Shown here: one piece after another, positions 28,874 to 39,532 of the stretch
How positions within the stretch are numbered: position 1 is the stretch's first letter
How the letters are laid out: every line of letters begins with the position of its first letter
Origin: Candidatus Binatia bacterium
GTDB taxonomy: Bacteria > Desulfobacterota > Binatia > Bin18
DNA length: 64,000 bases
Reading direction: 5' to 3'
Assembly: GCA_963664395.2 (NCBI GenBank)
Contig: OY761159.2
Coordinates: 1,760,001 to 1,824,000 of the forward strand
The notes under the pieces: model-generated
The model's database searches: none
Seen by the model: only the letters and a program-made list of their open reading frames with translations
What the model was told of the DNA's origin: nothing
Translations under genes and position numbers: made by a program

Positions 28874-30073
28874 ATGCGCGACAATGACCATACCGATATG
28901 ACAGCGGACGCCCTGCTTGAGCGCGCCCGTGAGATCGCCCGGATGGCGGCTGAGCAGGCCCAGGCCATCGAACAGCAGCGCCGCCTGCCCGATGGGCTTA
29001 TGCAGGCGCTGAAAGACTCCGGGTTGCTGCGCATCCTCCAGCCAGCCCACTGGGGAGGCTACGAGCGCGACCTGCGCACCTTCGTCCGGGTGGCGACCGA
29101 GATTGCCAAGGGCGATACCTCAACCGGCTGGGTGTATTGTATTCTCGGTATCCATTACTTCTGGATCAGCTATGTCGAGCCTGAACTGCAAGAGGAGATC
29201 TGGGGGAAGGATTCGAGCGTGATGATGGCCGACTCCTTCGCACCCACGGGGTCTGCCCAAGAGGTCTCGGGCGGATACCGGCTCAACGGCCAGTGGAGTT
29301 TTTTAAGTGGCTTGTGGTGTAGCGATTGGATCGCGGTCGGGGCTCGGGTGGCACCCCAGCCGGACGCGCCAGCCGAATGGACGATGATGTTTGTGCCCAA
29401 GCCGGATTATCGGCTCGACGACCGCTGGCACGTCGTGGGCCTGCAGGGCAGCGATAGTAATACGGTCATCGTGGAAAACGCCTTCGTGCCCCACCACCGG
29501 GTCTACTGGTTGGAGCGTGCAGAACGGACCGGGATTTCGCCTGGACAACACCTGCATCCGAACGCCTTGTATCAACTCCCCTTTATCCCCACCCTGGGCG
29601 TTGCGCTGCTGCCGACGGCCATCGGCTCGGCCCGCTCGGCCATTGCCCATTTTCAGGAGTGGACCCGGACCCGCGCCCCCGTCTACGGCCCAGGCGAGAC
29701 ACCGCTGCCCGGCACGGCCAGTGCCCATATCGCTCTGGCCGAAGCCGCCACCACGGTCGAGGCGCTGGAAGGGCTGATGATGCAGAACACGGACGAACTC
29801 GTGGCGGAGTATGGGCATGCCGGCCGGGTACCGACAGCGCAGGCGCGGGCTAAATATTATGCCTGGCGCAGCTACATCGTGCGGCAGTCCACCCGCGTGG
29901 TTGATCGGCTGTTTGAGCTGAGCGGCGGCCGTTCCCTGTATCTACACCACCCTGTCCAGCGAATTTGGCGTGACCTGCATGCCGTCAGCCAACATATCGC
30001 CCTCCACCATGAGTCAGGGATGGAGGCATACGGACGCACTTTGGTCGGGCTGCCGAGTGGATCACCGCTGTAG
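28874..30073 (+). CDS. Two-component flavin monooxygenase, oxygenase subunit (acyl-CoA dehydrogenase fold, HsaA-like)
   Basis: LLRILQPAHWGG, WSFLSG, WHVVGLQGSDS and QRIWRDLHA motifs. Confidence 0.88.
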   Translation: MRDNDHTDMTADALLERAREIARMAAEQAQAIEQQRRLPDGLMQALKDSGLLRILQPAHWGGYERDLRTFVRVATEIAKGDTSTGWVYCILGIHYFWISYVEPELQEEIWGKDSSVMMADSFAPTGSAQEVSGGYRLNGQWSFLSGLWCSDWIAVGARVAPQPDAPAEWTMMFVPKPDYRLDDRWHVVGLQGSDSNTVIVENAFVPHHRVYWLERAERTGISPGQHLHPNALYQLPFIPTLGVALLPTAIGSARSAIAHFQEWTRTRAPVYGPGETPLPGTASAHIALAEAATTVEALEGLMMQNTDELVAEYGHAGRVPTAQARAKYYAWRSYIVRQSTRVVDRLFELSGGRSLYLHHPVQRIWRDLHAVSQHIALHHESGMEAYGRTLVGLPSGSPL

Positions 30074-30097
30074 ACACAGTTATTTATGCAGCCGGCC

Positions 30098-31258
30098 TCA
30101 CCTGACCCCGAACACCTGTTCCACCGCATCACGGATTGGCGCAAACGCCTCGCTCGGGGTATGGGTCATCCGGTTGTGACAAATCACGACCGCGAGGCGC
30201 GCATCCGGGTCTGCCCAGCCAATCGAACCACCCGCGCCAGGATGGCACAGCGTGCGAGGATTCCCACCCACAAGACGGTACGGATACTCGGCGCTGACGT
30301 CACCGCCCAGCCAAAACCCTGCGGTCCCCACTCGCACCGGAAAGCCAAGAATGGTGTCTGGACGATCGGTATCAGGACGAGGGACACTAAAGAGACGCAT
30401 CCGCTCTTCCGACAACAGGCGGACGCCGTCGAGCGCCCCATCATTCGCCAGCAGCGCGAATAGCCGGACTGCGCTCCGCGCGTTCATGATCCCGTTTGCG
30501 CCCGGGATACACGAACGCCGCACATCAGGGCGCCCAAAAACCTCCTCGACTGTCGCCACCTGGGGTGGGATCGCAGCAAAAATCGGTAAGTCGGGTGGCA
30601 GCGGTCGCGGGGTAGAGTTCTTGAGCCTCGCCACTCGCGACGCCACCCGATCAGGAATGCCGAGCCACAGATCGGTAATCCCGAGCGGACCACAGATTTC
30701 TTCCTGCACGAAGGTGCCAAACGGCCGGTGGTGTGGATCGGTACGGCGCACACACTCGGCAATCACCCAGCCGAACGTGTAACACATATAGCCATTGTCG
30801 GTGCCAGACTCGAAGCGAGGCTTCATCCTTGCCAACTGGTCAACCATCCAGTCGTAGTCACTCATGAGCTCCGGCGTCACGCCATCTGGCATTTGCGGAA
30901 TACCCAGCCGGTGGCTGAGGGCGTCTCGTATCGTCGCGTGCTCTTTTCCTTGCGCCGCGAACTCAGGCCAGTAGCGGGCGATGGGCTGATCATATTCGAT
31001 CAACCCGCGCTCTGCCTGGATATGCAGTGCTGTTGCCGTGACCGCCTTGACCACGGAGAAGACCGGAAAGAGGGTGTCGCCATCCACTTTCCGCCCAGTG
31101 GTTTCATCCGCAATCCCACCCCAGGCATCCACAACGAGTTCGCCGTGGTGAGAGACTGCGACTTGCAGGCCAACCTCACCGTGTTCGCGGATCGCGGTTT
31201 CAATGGCCTGTTGAAACACTATATTTGCCTCTGGTCTTACTGGTGCTACTGTAGCCAT
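30098..31258 (-). CDS. Serine hydrolase, beta-lactamase/esterase family
   Basis: SxxK motif FSVVK; YWPEFAAQGK, LSHRLG and HPGAGGS motifs. Confidence 0.9.
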   Translation of the reverse strand: MATVAPVRPEANIVFQQAIETAIREHGEVGLQVAVSHHGELVVDAWGGIADETTGRKVDGDTLFPVFSVVKAVTATALHIQAERGLIEYDQPIARYWPEFAAQGKEHATIRDALSHRLGIPQMPDGVTPELMSDYDWMVDQLARMKPRFESGTDNGYMCYTFGWVIAECVRRTDPHHRPFGTFVQEEICGPLGITDLWLGIPDRVASRVARLKNSTPRPLPPDLPIFAAIPPQVATVEEVFGRPDVRRSCIPGANGIMNARSAVRLFALLANDGALDGVRLLSEERMRLFSVPRPDTDRPDTILGFPVRVGTAGFWLGGDVSAEYPYRLVGGNPRTLCHPGAGGSIGWADPDARLAVVICHNRMTHTPSEAFAPIRDAVEQVFGVR

Positions 31259-31314
31259 ACACCCTTCTCTCCATCCCACCTCCCGAGGGAGGCGTCTCGT
31301 ATATATTAGGTGCC

Positions 31315-31788
31315 CTAATGGGTGGCGAGCTCTTGGAGTTCCTCCGGGGTGGGCGTGGTCTCAAACTGCGGCAGAGTCGGAGACAACTCGTCCCACGGCT
31401 GGGCACTCGCTGTCCAGATATCGGCCATCAGCTCCAGCCGGCCGGGGTCGTCCATGCTGGCCGCACCGATGCCTCGGATCTCCGGGATCAGATCAGCCCG
31501 GGCTGAGACGGGTGACCCGCACTCTGCACAGAACCCCCGGTGGGTCTTGTTCCCACTCGTACCCGTGCAGACATACTCCTTCGGGGCACCTTTGGTGAAC
31601 TGCACGGCCGACATGGAGAAAACCACATTAACGGCAGCGCCGCCCCCTGTGGAGCGTTGACAATCCCGACAGTGGCATTTCCACATAAAGAGCGGCTCCT
31701 CCGTACATGCATAACGTATCGCGCCACAGGCACAGCCACCCGTCAACGGAATAGAAACAGTTATAATAAAATACCCCTTCCTCGTCAC
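31315..31788 (-). CDS. GFA/CENP-V family zinc protein (start uncertain)
   Basis: GGCACGAIRY, CHCRDCQR and FCAECGS motifs. Confidence 0.85.
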   Translation of the reverse strand: MTRKGYFIITVSIPLTGGCACGAIRYACTEEPLFMWKCHCRDCQRSTGGGAAVNVVFSMSAVQFTKGAPKEYVCTGTSGNKTHRGFCAECGSPVSARADLIPEIRGIGAASMDDPGRLELMADIWTASAQPWDELSPTLPQFETTPTPEELQELATH

Positions 31789-32057
31789 GGCCTTATCACT
31801 TCAGCAGGGACAACAAAAGGTCTGGTCAGTATAAGGTGAGACCGGCAAAGCCTTACGGAACCCTTCCCCGCAGAGCCGTATAAAGCGGTTTACAGTGCTC
31901 ATCTAATGACCACGGACCATGAATCGATCTCATGCAAGCTAAACAAAATATACCGGACGACATTCGCACTAAGTCAAACCTGACTTGACGCACAGGCCGC
32001 TGCGCTGTACCCAAATATCTTTTTAGATATAGGCAGTTGTCTAAGGAGGGACTCTTA

Positions 32058-33308
32058 ATGATGTATCGGGGCGTTCGGATACTTATCAGTTGGTGGGTTG
32101 GACTCATGGTGTGGACCGGGGGGTCTGGTGAGGCCCAAGAAGCCGGTCCCCAAGACGTGCCCGGCCCAGCGGTGCCGGCGGAACTCAGGACGTGGTTGAC
32201 GCAGACCGCCACACCGCGGGCGCTCCCGCCCGGTTCCTACCCGGCTGAGGAGCTGGTCGGAGTGCTCCCGCCCCATGCGCCCCAACTGCTGGCCTCCGAA
32301 GCGACCAATGGCACGGCCCCTGCGCTCGATGTGGTCGCCGCCCGTACGTATGATGTCCTGGTTTCGGACAGCGTCCATCAACTGAACCCGAACGGTGAAC
32401 TCGATGACACCACGCGCTGCGGGCGAGAGTTGCCCTTTCCGGTCCTCGCTCCCGACGTGAGCCGCGCCGGACTGAAGGCCGTCTGGAACCTGTTGTGTCG
32501 GAATCGGGGCGGGAGCTTTGAGTATCTCGGGCATACCTTTCGCGGCTCAGGTCCAAACCCTCATCGGACCCTTATCATCAATGGCTGGAATGGCTGGGGG
32601 CCGCAGGGCTTCGGCCTCCGCGCGCTGACGCTCGCCCCAGGCGACCAAAAGGACAACCAAATGATGGGCTGGATGCCGTGGGCGCGGGACAAGGCCGAGA
32701 GCTTCTATGTGTATAATATGAAGATGCGTCGGCCGCGCCAGGCGTCGACCACGCGGGGCGATAAAATGGCGGGGACCCAATTCACCCGCGAGCATGCCTT
32801 TGGCTGGGAAGGGCAGTTCTTTTTTTATGACTGGGAGATGCTGGGCGAGCGCCCGGTCCTGACGGCGTTCGACAGTCGGCACGAGTTTCCCCAGTATTTG
32901 CCCGTCAACCGCTGGTTTGCAGACGACCAGTGGATGCTCCGGCCGGCCTTCCTGGTGGTCGGCAAACGCGCCCACAAAGGTGCCGGCTCGGGGTATGTGG
33001 CGCTGTGGCTCGACACGGTCACGTTCGAGCCGTTGTGGACGGTATTTTATACGGAGGCCGGGACCGCGCGGAATATCCTGGGGCTCACGTTCAAGTGGGA
33101 TACTCAGTACCAGCGACATGTGACTCTCGGCATGAGCGCGGTAGACTTGGACGCCAATGGGGTCCCTGTGACAGGGACCGCGTTCGAGGCAAATTTTTGC
33201 AGCATCCTGCACCACCCGGATGCACCTGCTGACCCTGCGAGCTATAACGGTCAACAGTTGGGCAAGAAACCGTTCAACTGGAGCCACCGGCCTGCAGGGT
33301 GCGAGTAA
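32058..33308 (+). CDS. Secreted DUF1329-like (LolA-fold) protein
   Basis: Signal peptide, LPFP...AGLKAVWN, YVYNMKMRRPRQAS...RGDKMAGT. Confidence 0.6.
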   Translation: MMYRGVRILISWWVGLMVWTGGSGEAQEAGPQDVPGPAVPAELRTWLTQTATPRALPPGSYPAEELVGVLPPHAPQLLASEATNGTAPALDVVAARTYDVLVSDSVHQLNPNGELDDTTRCGRELPFPVLAPDVSRAGLKAVWNLLCRNRGGSFEYLGHTFRGSGPNPHRTLIINGWNGWGPQGFGLRALTLAPGDQKDNQMMGWMPWARDKAESFYVYNMKMRRPRQASTTRGDKMAGTQFTREHAFGWEGQFFFYDWEMLGERPVLTAFDSRHEFPQYLPVNRWFADDQWMLRPAFLVVGKRAHKGAGSGYVALWLDTVTFEPLWTVFYTEAGTARNILGLTFKWDTQYQRHVTLGMSAVDLDANGVPVTGTAFEANFCSILHHPDAPADPASYNGQQLGKKPFNWSHRPAGCE

Positions 33309-33511
33309 AGAGTCGGGCATGAGTCTGCTCAACAAGACCGCCACAAGCGCACATCTCCGGCGAGCTGTATAACGACTCCGGTGTGTCCGCCGCATATTAC
33401 TTGACAGGCCCGGCCTGTTGACTACGCTCGCGAGTGACGACACAGGTGGCAGCGCATGGGCAGAACAAACGGAACATTATCTTGTTCCACACGACCCGAG
33501 AGGAGAAACAT

Positions 33512-34261
33512 ATGACAACAGAGGTAGCCCTGATCGTCGGGGCCGGTCCGGGAACGAGCGCGAGTTGCGCCAGACTCTTTTCCCGCGAGGGCATGCAGGT
33601 GGCAGTTGCCGCCCGCAGCCCGGATAAACCCGTACTCAAGCAACTGGAGCGTGAGCACGGCGTGCGGTGCTATGCGTGCGACGCGCGGGAGCCCGAGGCC
33701 GTGGAGGCACTGTTTCAAGCAGTGCAGGCTGACCTCGGACGGCCCACGCTGGTCGTACACAATATCGACGGCCGCACCCCGGACATTTTCCGCAAAGACC
33801 TCGCCGAGGCCGACCCCGGCTTGGTACGCGACACCCTGCTGAACTCCACGTATAGCGCCTTCCTCGTAGGCCAACAGGCGACAAAAAGCATGCTGGCCAG
33901 CTCGCCCGGTGCCGACGGCCACCGGGGCACCATCATTTTCACCAATGCCAGCGCGGCCTATAAGGGCTACCCGCGGAGTGGCGCGTTTGCGATGGCCTGT
34001 CAGGGCAAATCGGGTCTGGCCCAGAGTATGGCCAGAGAACTCATGCCCAAGGGCATCCATATTGCCCACGTACCGATTGACGCGGCGATTGGTTGGACTC
34101 AGGAAGACGGAACCCGCTGGCATCGCCTGGCCGGGACAACGGTGGACGACAATATGGCCGACCCGGAGTCCATTGCCGAGACCTATCTGCAACTCCACCG
34201 TCAGCCCCGCTCGACCTGGGCCTTCGAGGTTGTGCTGCGGCCCTGGGTTGAAACGTGGTAG
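33512..34261 (+). CDS. Short-chain dehydrogenase/reductase
   Basis: ALIVGAGPG; AFAMACQGKSGLAQSMAREL. Confidence 0.88.
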   Translation: MTTEVALIVGAGPGTSASCARLFSREGMQVAVAARSPDKPVLKQLEREHGVRCYACDAREPEAVEALFQAVQADLGRPTLVVHNIDGRTPDIFRKDLAEADPGLVRDTLLNSTYSAFLVGQQATKSMLASSPGADGHRGTIIFTNASAAYKGYPRSGAFAMACQGKSGLAQSMARELMPKGIHIAHVPIDAAIGWTQEDGTRWHRLAGTTVDDNMADPESIAETYLQLHRQPRSTWAFEVVLRPWVETW

Positions 34262-34334
34262 CGCCGATTGCGGCTTGACTCTCCTGTGGAATTCGCATGA
34301 AGTGCAGACAGCTTTCAATGAAAAGGAGGAGAGT

Positions 34335-35180
34335 ATGAAGTTTGGTGTTGTCATGTTCGCGACGGATTACGCCATCCGTCCTGACGAGTTTGCCAAAGAG
34401 TGCGAAGACCGCGGCTTTGAGTCGGTCTGGTATCCGGAGCATACCCATATTCCGGCCAGTCGGCGCAGTCCGTGGCCGGGTGGCGGTGAGTTACCCAAAG
34501 ACTATTGGCATACCCACGATTTGTTCGTTTCGCTGATGGCGGCTGCGGCAGCCACGAAAACGATCAAGGTCGGTAGTGGCATCTGCCTGGTACAGGAGCA
34601 CGACCCCATCAAGCTCGCCAAGGAAGTAGCCACGGTAGACCAACTCTCGAACGGGCGTTTGCTGTTTGGGATTGGCGGCGGCTGGAATGCCGAAGAAATG
34701 GAAAACCACGGCACGCCCTTTGACCGCCGTTGGAAGATCCTGCGCGAAAAAATCGAGGCCATGAAAGCCATCTGGACGGAAGAGGAAGCCGAGTATCACG
34801 GCGAGTTTGTGAATTTCGATCCGATCTGGTCCTATCCCAAACCGCTGCAGAAACCCCATCCGCCCATTCTGTTGGGGGCCCATACCCCGGGCGGTTTGAA
34901 TCGGGTCGCCAACTACTGCGACGGCTGGATTCCGATTGGGCCCAGAATTCCCGACCTCAAGGGCTGGATCGGCGATATGCAGGCGCGGGCGGAAAAGTTC
35001 GGCCGTCAGGCCGCGGACCTGGCCGTATCCGCTTTTATGGCTCCTGCCGAGGAGGCGGTGATCAACCAGTATCAGGAACTGGGGATCGAACGCTCAATCT
35101 TCGCCGTTCCGTCCGAGAGCCGAGACACGGTCTTGCCGATTCTGGACAAGTACGCCGCGTTTATGTCGAGTATGAGCTAG
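34335..35180 (+). CDS. LLM-class F420-dependent oxidoreductase (Rv2161c-like)
   Basis: GFESVWYPEHTHIP, AKEVATVDQLSNGR and GWNAEE motifs; RBS AGGAGG. Confidence 0.9.
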   Translation: MKFGVVMFATDYAIRPDEFAKECEDRGFESVWYPEHTHIPASRRSPWPGGGELPKDYWHTHDLFVSLMAAAAATKTIKVGSGICLVQEHDPIKLAKEVATVDQLSNGRLLFGIGGGWNAEEMENHGTPFDRRWKILREKIEAMKAIWTEEEAEYHGEFVNFDPIWSYPKPLQKPHPPILLGAHTPGGLNRVANYCDGWIPIGPRIPDLKGWIGDMQARAEKFGRQAADLAVSAFMAPAEEAVINQYQELGIERSIFAVPSESRDTVLPILDKYAAFMSSMS

Positions 35181-35217
35181 ATGAGCTAGATGAACGAACT
35201 GTCAGGAGGAAGAGCGT

Positions 35218-35940
35218 ATGATCGATTTACACTATTGGCCCACCCCGAACGGCAAGAAGGTCACCATTCTATTGGAAGAGTGCGGCATGGCGTACAAGAT
35301 GATCCCGTGCAATATCGCCCAAGGGGATCAGTTCACGGACGAGTTTCTCAATATCTGCCCCAATAACCGGATGCCGGCCCTGGTGGACCACGAGCCGCTC
35401 GGCGGGGGCGAGCCGCTCAGCATCTTCGAGTCCGGGGCGATGATGATGTATATCGCCGAGAAGGCCGGACAGTTTTATCCCCAGGATGTCCGCGGCCGCT
35501 ACGAGGTCAATCAGTGGCTGATGTGGCAGATGGCCAACCAGGGACCCAAGAGTGGCGAGTGCGGTCATTTTCGTCGCTTGGGCGACGACCAGGGCGACCA
35601 GACCTACGCGGTCCGGCGTTTTACGGATGAGGTCAATCGCCTGTTCGGCGTGCTGAACAATCAGTTATATCGGCAGCCCTATCTGGCCGGAAAGGAATAC
35701 ACCATTGCCGACATGATCTGTTACCCCTGGGCGGTCAACTGGGAAGCCCAGGGCCAGGACATCGACGAGTTCAAATACTTCAAGCGCTGGTTTGAAGAAC
35801 TCTCGGAACGCGAGGGCGTCAAAAAAGGCATGGCCGTTGGCAGCGACCTTGGCTTCGACGTCACCAAGCTCTCACAGGAAGAGAAAGACCAGTTGCGCAA
35901 AATGCTCTACAACCAACGCGCCCGCCCCGTCCCGGCATAG
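35218..35940 (+). CDS. Glutathione S-transferase, YfcG/YghU-like
   Basis: MIDLHYWPTPNG, PNNRMPA and IFESGA motifs. Confidence 0.92.
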   Translation: MIDLHYWPTPNGKKVTILLEECGMAYKMIPCNIAQGDQFTDEFLNICPNNRMPALVDHEPLGGGEPLSIFESGAMMMYIAEKAGQFYPQDVRGRYEVNQWLMWQMANQGPKSGECGHFRRLGDDQGDQTYAVRRFTDEVNRLFGVLNNQLYRQPYLAGKEYTIADMICYPWAVNWEAQGQDIDEFKYFKRWFEELSEREGVKKGMAVGSDLGFDVTKLSQEEKDQLRKMLYNQRARPVPA

Positions 35941-35949
35941 TTGGGATGC

Positions 35950-35971
35950 CGGGTGAGGCGGTGCTCACCCG
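35950..35971 (+). terminator. Hairpin downstream of the GST gene
   Basis: CGGGTGAG-gcggtg-CTCACCCG. Confidence 0.45.
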
Positions 35972-36003
35972 AGCCACATCTTTTGGTTAAACCGGAATAG
36001 CCT

Positions 36004-36486
36004 ATGGCAGTTACATACTTAGACCAAGAGATTGAGTTGTTGGTACAGGAGCGCAAGCCTCTACCGGTAGGCTGGCGCAATCAGATTCGTCTAAAATCCA
36101 AGCGAGGGCACGACGAACAGCAATTGGATTTGGTCGGTGAGACAGAGCACAAGTTTCGCCTTATTCTCAGGCGGAACAGCTTTAATCTGGTTGACTTCTC
36201 AATCATCCTGGCTGTTCGAGTCTCTCAGTCAAGTCAACTTTTTCGACTTCTTCGCTATAATGGTAGGAGCCACGAGCACACCAACCATATAGAAAATGAG
36301 ACATTCTATCACTTTCACATTCACTTTGCGACGGAGCGGTATCAGCAACTCGGAACCCGAGAGGACGCTTACGCCAAGCCAACCGACCGCTACAGCGACT
36401 TCGATGGCGCCTTGCGCTGTTTGCTTGATGACATGAATCTTGAGGGTCCACCCGATCCACAAGGTACCCTTTTTGAGGAGGGCTAA
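36004..36486 (+). CDS. Hypothetical His-rich protein (DUF6978-like)
   Basis: LLRYNGRSHEHTN...HFHIH; C-terminal QGTLF; lower GC by eye. Confidence 0.7.
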   Translation: MAVTYLDQEIELLVQERKPLPVGWRNQIRLKSKRGHDEQQLDLVGETEHKFRLILRRNSFNLVDFSIILAVRVSQSSQLFRLLRYNGRSHEHTNHIENETFYHFHIHFATERYQQLGTREDAYAKPTDRYSDFDGALRCLLDDMNLEGPPDPQGTLFEEG

Positions 36487-36489
36487 GAG

Positions 36490-37263
36490 ATGTCTATCGA
36501 GACTATAGAGCAAGACTTTCATAAGAAGGTCTCGGCACAGGTCCGGCTCGCAGCCGAGGGTCTGGGGCGCTTCCGCGTGTTCACCCCCTTCCTGTTTGAG
36601 GACGGTGACCACTTGGCCATCGTCCTCAGACAGGAAGGCTCGCGGTGGATACTGTCCGACGAAGCGCACACGTACATGCATCTGACCTACGACATAGATG
36701 AAAAGGAACTTCATAGAGGCACGCGTCAGAAAATCATCTCAAACGCACTGTCCACATTCCATGTCGAAGACCGTAATGGTGAGTTGGTACTCGATGTACC
36801 GGATGAGCGCTACGGTGACGCGTTGTATTCTTTTGTCCAGGCACTTCTCAAGATATCCGACGTATCGTACCTGTCTCGGGAACAGGTTCGTTCTGCGTTC
36901 ATGGACGATTTTCGCGATCTGTTAAGCGGAACTGTCCCAGAAGAGCGCAGGAGTTTCGGCTGGAGCGACCCTAAACACGACCCCAAGGGCATCTATACTG
37001 TGGACTGCCGAATCAACGGTATGTCTCGGCCGCTATTCGTTCATGCCCTTAACGGCGACGACAGGACCCGTGACGCCACAATCGCGTTACTCCAATTCGA
37101 AAAGTGGGAGATTCGATTCCGTTCCCTGGCTATCTTTGAGGATCAGGAGTCAATCAATCGTAAGGTGCTGGCACGCTTCAGCGACGTCTGCGAGAAACAG
37201 TTTTCGAGCCTCACTGCGAATCGCGATAGGATTACCCACTTCCTGGAGGAAAACATCTTCTGA
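36490..37263 (+). CDS. DUF1828-like domain protein
   Basis: [15 protein letters not shown]...WILSDEAHT; C-terminal YTVDCRING resembling a restriction-endonuclease-like fold. Confidence 0.72.
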   Translation: MSIETIEQDFHKKVSAQVRLAAEGLGRFRVFTPFLFEDGDHLAIVLRQEGSRWILSDEAHTYMHLTYDIDEKELHRGTRQKIISNALSTFHVEDRNGELVLDVPDERYGDALYSFVQALLKISDVSYLSREQVRSAFMDDFRDLLSGTVPEERRSFGWSDPKHDPKGIYTVDCRINGMSRPLFVHALNGDDRTRDATIALLQFEKWEIRFRSLAIFEDQESINRKVLARFSDVCEKQFSSLTANRDRITHFLEENIF

Positions 37264-37512
37264 GTGAGACTACGATAGGCAGAAGTTGCCGTGGTCTTCG
37301 TAATACACGATGATTCCGTTGGTTTCGACAAAAGGCATGCCCCTCTCCCTTCCGGCCGGGACCGTAGCGCACTCACATGCAACATACCGAGGGCGTACGA
37401 CATGGTCGGGAAGGCGATGTCTCAAAGGTCCGAGACGGCAATGAAAAACGCGGGGAAAAGGTTGGCTCCCGCCCGGTGACATGGGCAGGAGCCGAGAGAA
37501 CGGAAGGGAGGC

Positions 37513-38610
37513 TTAGGCAACCGCTTTTTGGTCCAACTGCTGCAAGCGCGGCATGACCTCGGCCGCGAACAGCCGCATGCTCTGCTCGCTGTCTTCATAC
37601 GGCATGCCGCCATAACTGAACACACCGGTGAAGGCGTCGCAGCCGATCTTGGAGCGGATCTCGAGGACTTTCTCAAAACACTGGTCCGGCGTGCCCCAGA
37701 CCTGGAGGTTGAGGAAAAAATCGGTTACGCCCTCAGCACTGCTCAGCGCCTCAGACATCTTGCCGTAGTATTCGTAGCCCTTGGTCTTGGCGAAATGGTC
37801 ACCACCAAAATTGTAGTGTTTCATGGCCGACTGCCAGTAGGCGCCGATGTAGCGCCGGGCCATCTCTTCGGCGCGGCCGGCATCCTTATCACAGAAGACC
37901 CAGCCGCCGGCGATCGGCGCCGGTGCCTCGGCAGCGTTGGCCTCACGGTAGATCGTCCGGTACGTATCCAGCTCTACCGCCACGTCTTCCCACGGCTTCT
38001 GGGGAATGATCAGGATGCCGACACCCAGACGAGCCATGATCTCGGACGACTCGGGTGAAACCGCGGCGGCATACGTCCGGCCCTTAAAGGATTTGAACGG
38101 CTTGGGACGGATGTCTTTCTTGGGCTGGGTATAGTACTGGCCCGCATACTCGCAGTAGCCCCGTTCGAGTCCGGTCAGGACCATATCCGCGGCCTCGACA
38201 AAGCGTTCGCGGGACTCACCCATATCGACCCGGAAGCCCTCGAACTCGACCTGCCCGGCGCCGCGCCCGAGCCCCAGAATCAGCCGCCCGTCGCACATAT
38301 CGTCCAACATCGCAATTTCTTCCGCCACCCGCATGGGATCGTGCCAGGGCAGTACGACGACCATCGAGCCCAGCTTCACTGTCTTGGTCCGACCGGCCAT
38401 ATAGGTCAGGAACTGGAGCACGTCGGGCACCATGGTGTAATCGGTAAAGTGGTGCTCAACGCTCCAAATCGAATCAAAGCCAAGTGGCTCGGCCAAATCG
38501 GCCAACCGAATCTCATTTTTGTAGACCTCATAGTCCGAGATCTTCTGCGCCGGGTTTTGGCAGATCGCAGCCATACCGATCTGCATCGGCGAATCGAGTT
38601 GTGCTGTCAT
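37513..38610 (-). CDS. LLM-class luciferase-like monooxygenase
   Basis: LAEPLGFDSIWSVEHHF, PWHDPMRVAE and GLGRG motifs. Confidence 0.9.
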   Translation of the reverse strand: MTAQLDSPMQIGMAAICQNPAQKISDYEVYKNEIRLADLAEPLGFDSIWSVEHHFTDYTMVPDVLQFLTYMAGRTKTVKLGSMVVVLPWHDPMRVAEEIAMLDDMCDGRLILGLGRGAGQVEFEGFRVDMGESRERFVEAADMVLTGLERGYCEYAGQYYTQPKKDIRPKPFKSFKGRTYAAAVSPESSEIMARLGVGILIIPQKPWEDVAVELDTYRTIYREANAAEAPAPIAGGWVFCDKDAGRAEEMARRYIGAYWQSAMKHYNFGGDHFAKTKGYEYYGKMSEALSSAEGVTDFFLNLQVWGTPDQCFEKVLEIRSKIGCDAFTGVFSYGGMPYEDSEQSMRLFAAEVMPRLQQLDQKAVA

Positions 38611-38779
38611 AGTCCGTGTCCTCCTTCGGGTCGTGGTAATACTCTGGCGCTCGTCTTCAGAAGCCCGCAGAGTAGCGCAGGTGAAAAAAGTAAAGATAGC
38701 TGGCGATCCGCGCGGTGCTGTCCTAATAAAAAGTTGCTCCAAGTTGCCAGTGTCTTGACTTTTGATCTATGCTTTAAGC

Positions 38780-39037
38780 ATGGCAGAGCAGTCAAGTAAG
38801 CGACGCAAGAAGAACGATCCCGTTGATACTAACGAATTGGCCTTCGATATTGTCCAGGACCTGACCTCGGAAGAACCAAGAGAAGTCCCACAGGAGAAAA
38901 ATTCGGCAGCCATTGAACGCGGACGACTCGGCGGATTGAAGGGTGGGAAAGCACGAGCCAGGGGGGTGCCTGCCGAAAAGAGATCTCAAATTGCAAGAAA
39001 GGCAGCGCAGACAAGATGGGCAAACACTAAAGACTAG
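38780..39037 (+). CDS. Small basic KGG-like protein (element passenger)
   Basis: DPVDTNELAFDIVQDLT...KNSAAIERGRLGGLKGGKARARGVPAEKRSQIARKAAQTRW. Confidence 0.8.
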   Translation: MAEQSSKRRKKNDPVDTNELAFDIVQDLTSEEPREVPQEKNSAAIERGRLGGLKGGKARARGVPAEKRSQIARKAAQTRWANTKD

Positions 39038-39516
39038 GCTGCCTCATCCTCGGCGTTCTTCTCTGCTTCAATTTCAGCTAGGTCGTCAGTAAAATCGAAT
39101 GACATGGGAATCGGATTATCTGGACAACTGTTCTCGTTGAAACTATCCCCGTCCGTTTTGAGCTGCTGGCAATCGTCAACGATAAGATTGCGCCTCTGCT
39201 GAAATGCGACAGCCATGTGGTCCCGGTTTTTACTCCGGATATCCTCCCATATATGCCGCTGTTCGTCGCCCTCATTAAGGAGGGCGACATGCTTGGTTCG
39301 CACCTTACGGCCTTGCGGATCGATATAATACTCCTCTCGCATCGCCTTTGATATCTGCTCTGCACACAGAGTGTGAATTTTGGATGGATGCGGTTTCCAG
39401 AGACCATTTTCAATGGCCCACGCGGCGATTCTTCTCGCCGTAGTAGGCCAGGGCTGATCGGCTTCCCGGTACTGCTCAACAAGTCGCTGCATATTTTGCG
39501 CATATGAACGTCCCAT
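39034..39516 (-). CDS. Hypothetical protein, third gene of the higBA operon
   Basis: 160-aa ORF with RBS AGGAGG, 16 bp after the higA stop; no recognised motif. Confidence 0.8.
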   Translation of the reverse strand: MGRSYAQNMQRLVEQYREADQPWPTTARRIAAWAIENGLWKPHPSKIHTLCAEQISKAMREEYYIDPQGRKVRTKHVALLNEGDEQRHIWEDIRSKNRDHMAVAFQQRRNLIVDDCQQLKTDGDSFNENSCPDNPIPMSFDFTDDLAEIEAEKNAEDEAA

Positions 39517-39532
39517 ACTGACCTCCTGACTT

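Noticed and set aside
33909-34334. N-terminal extension of the F420-LLM ORF
   Set aside because: Overlaps the SDR; a strong RBS precedes the ATG at 34335.
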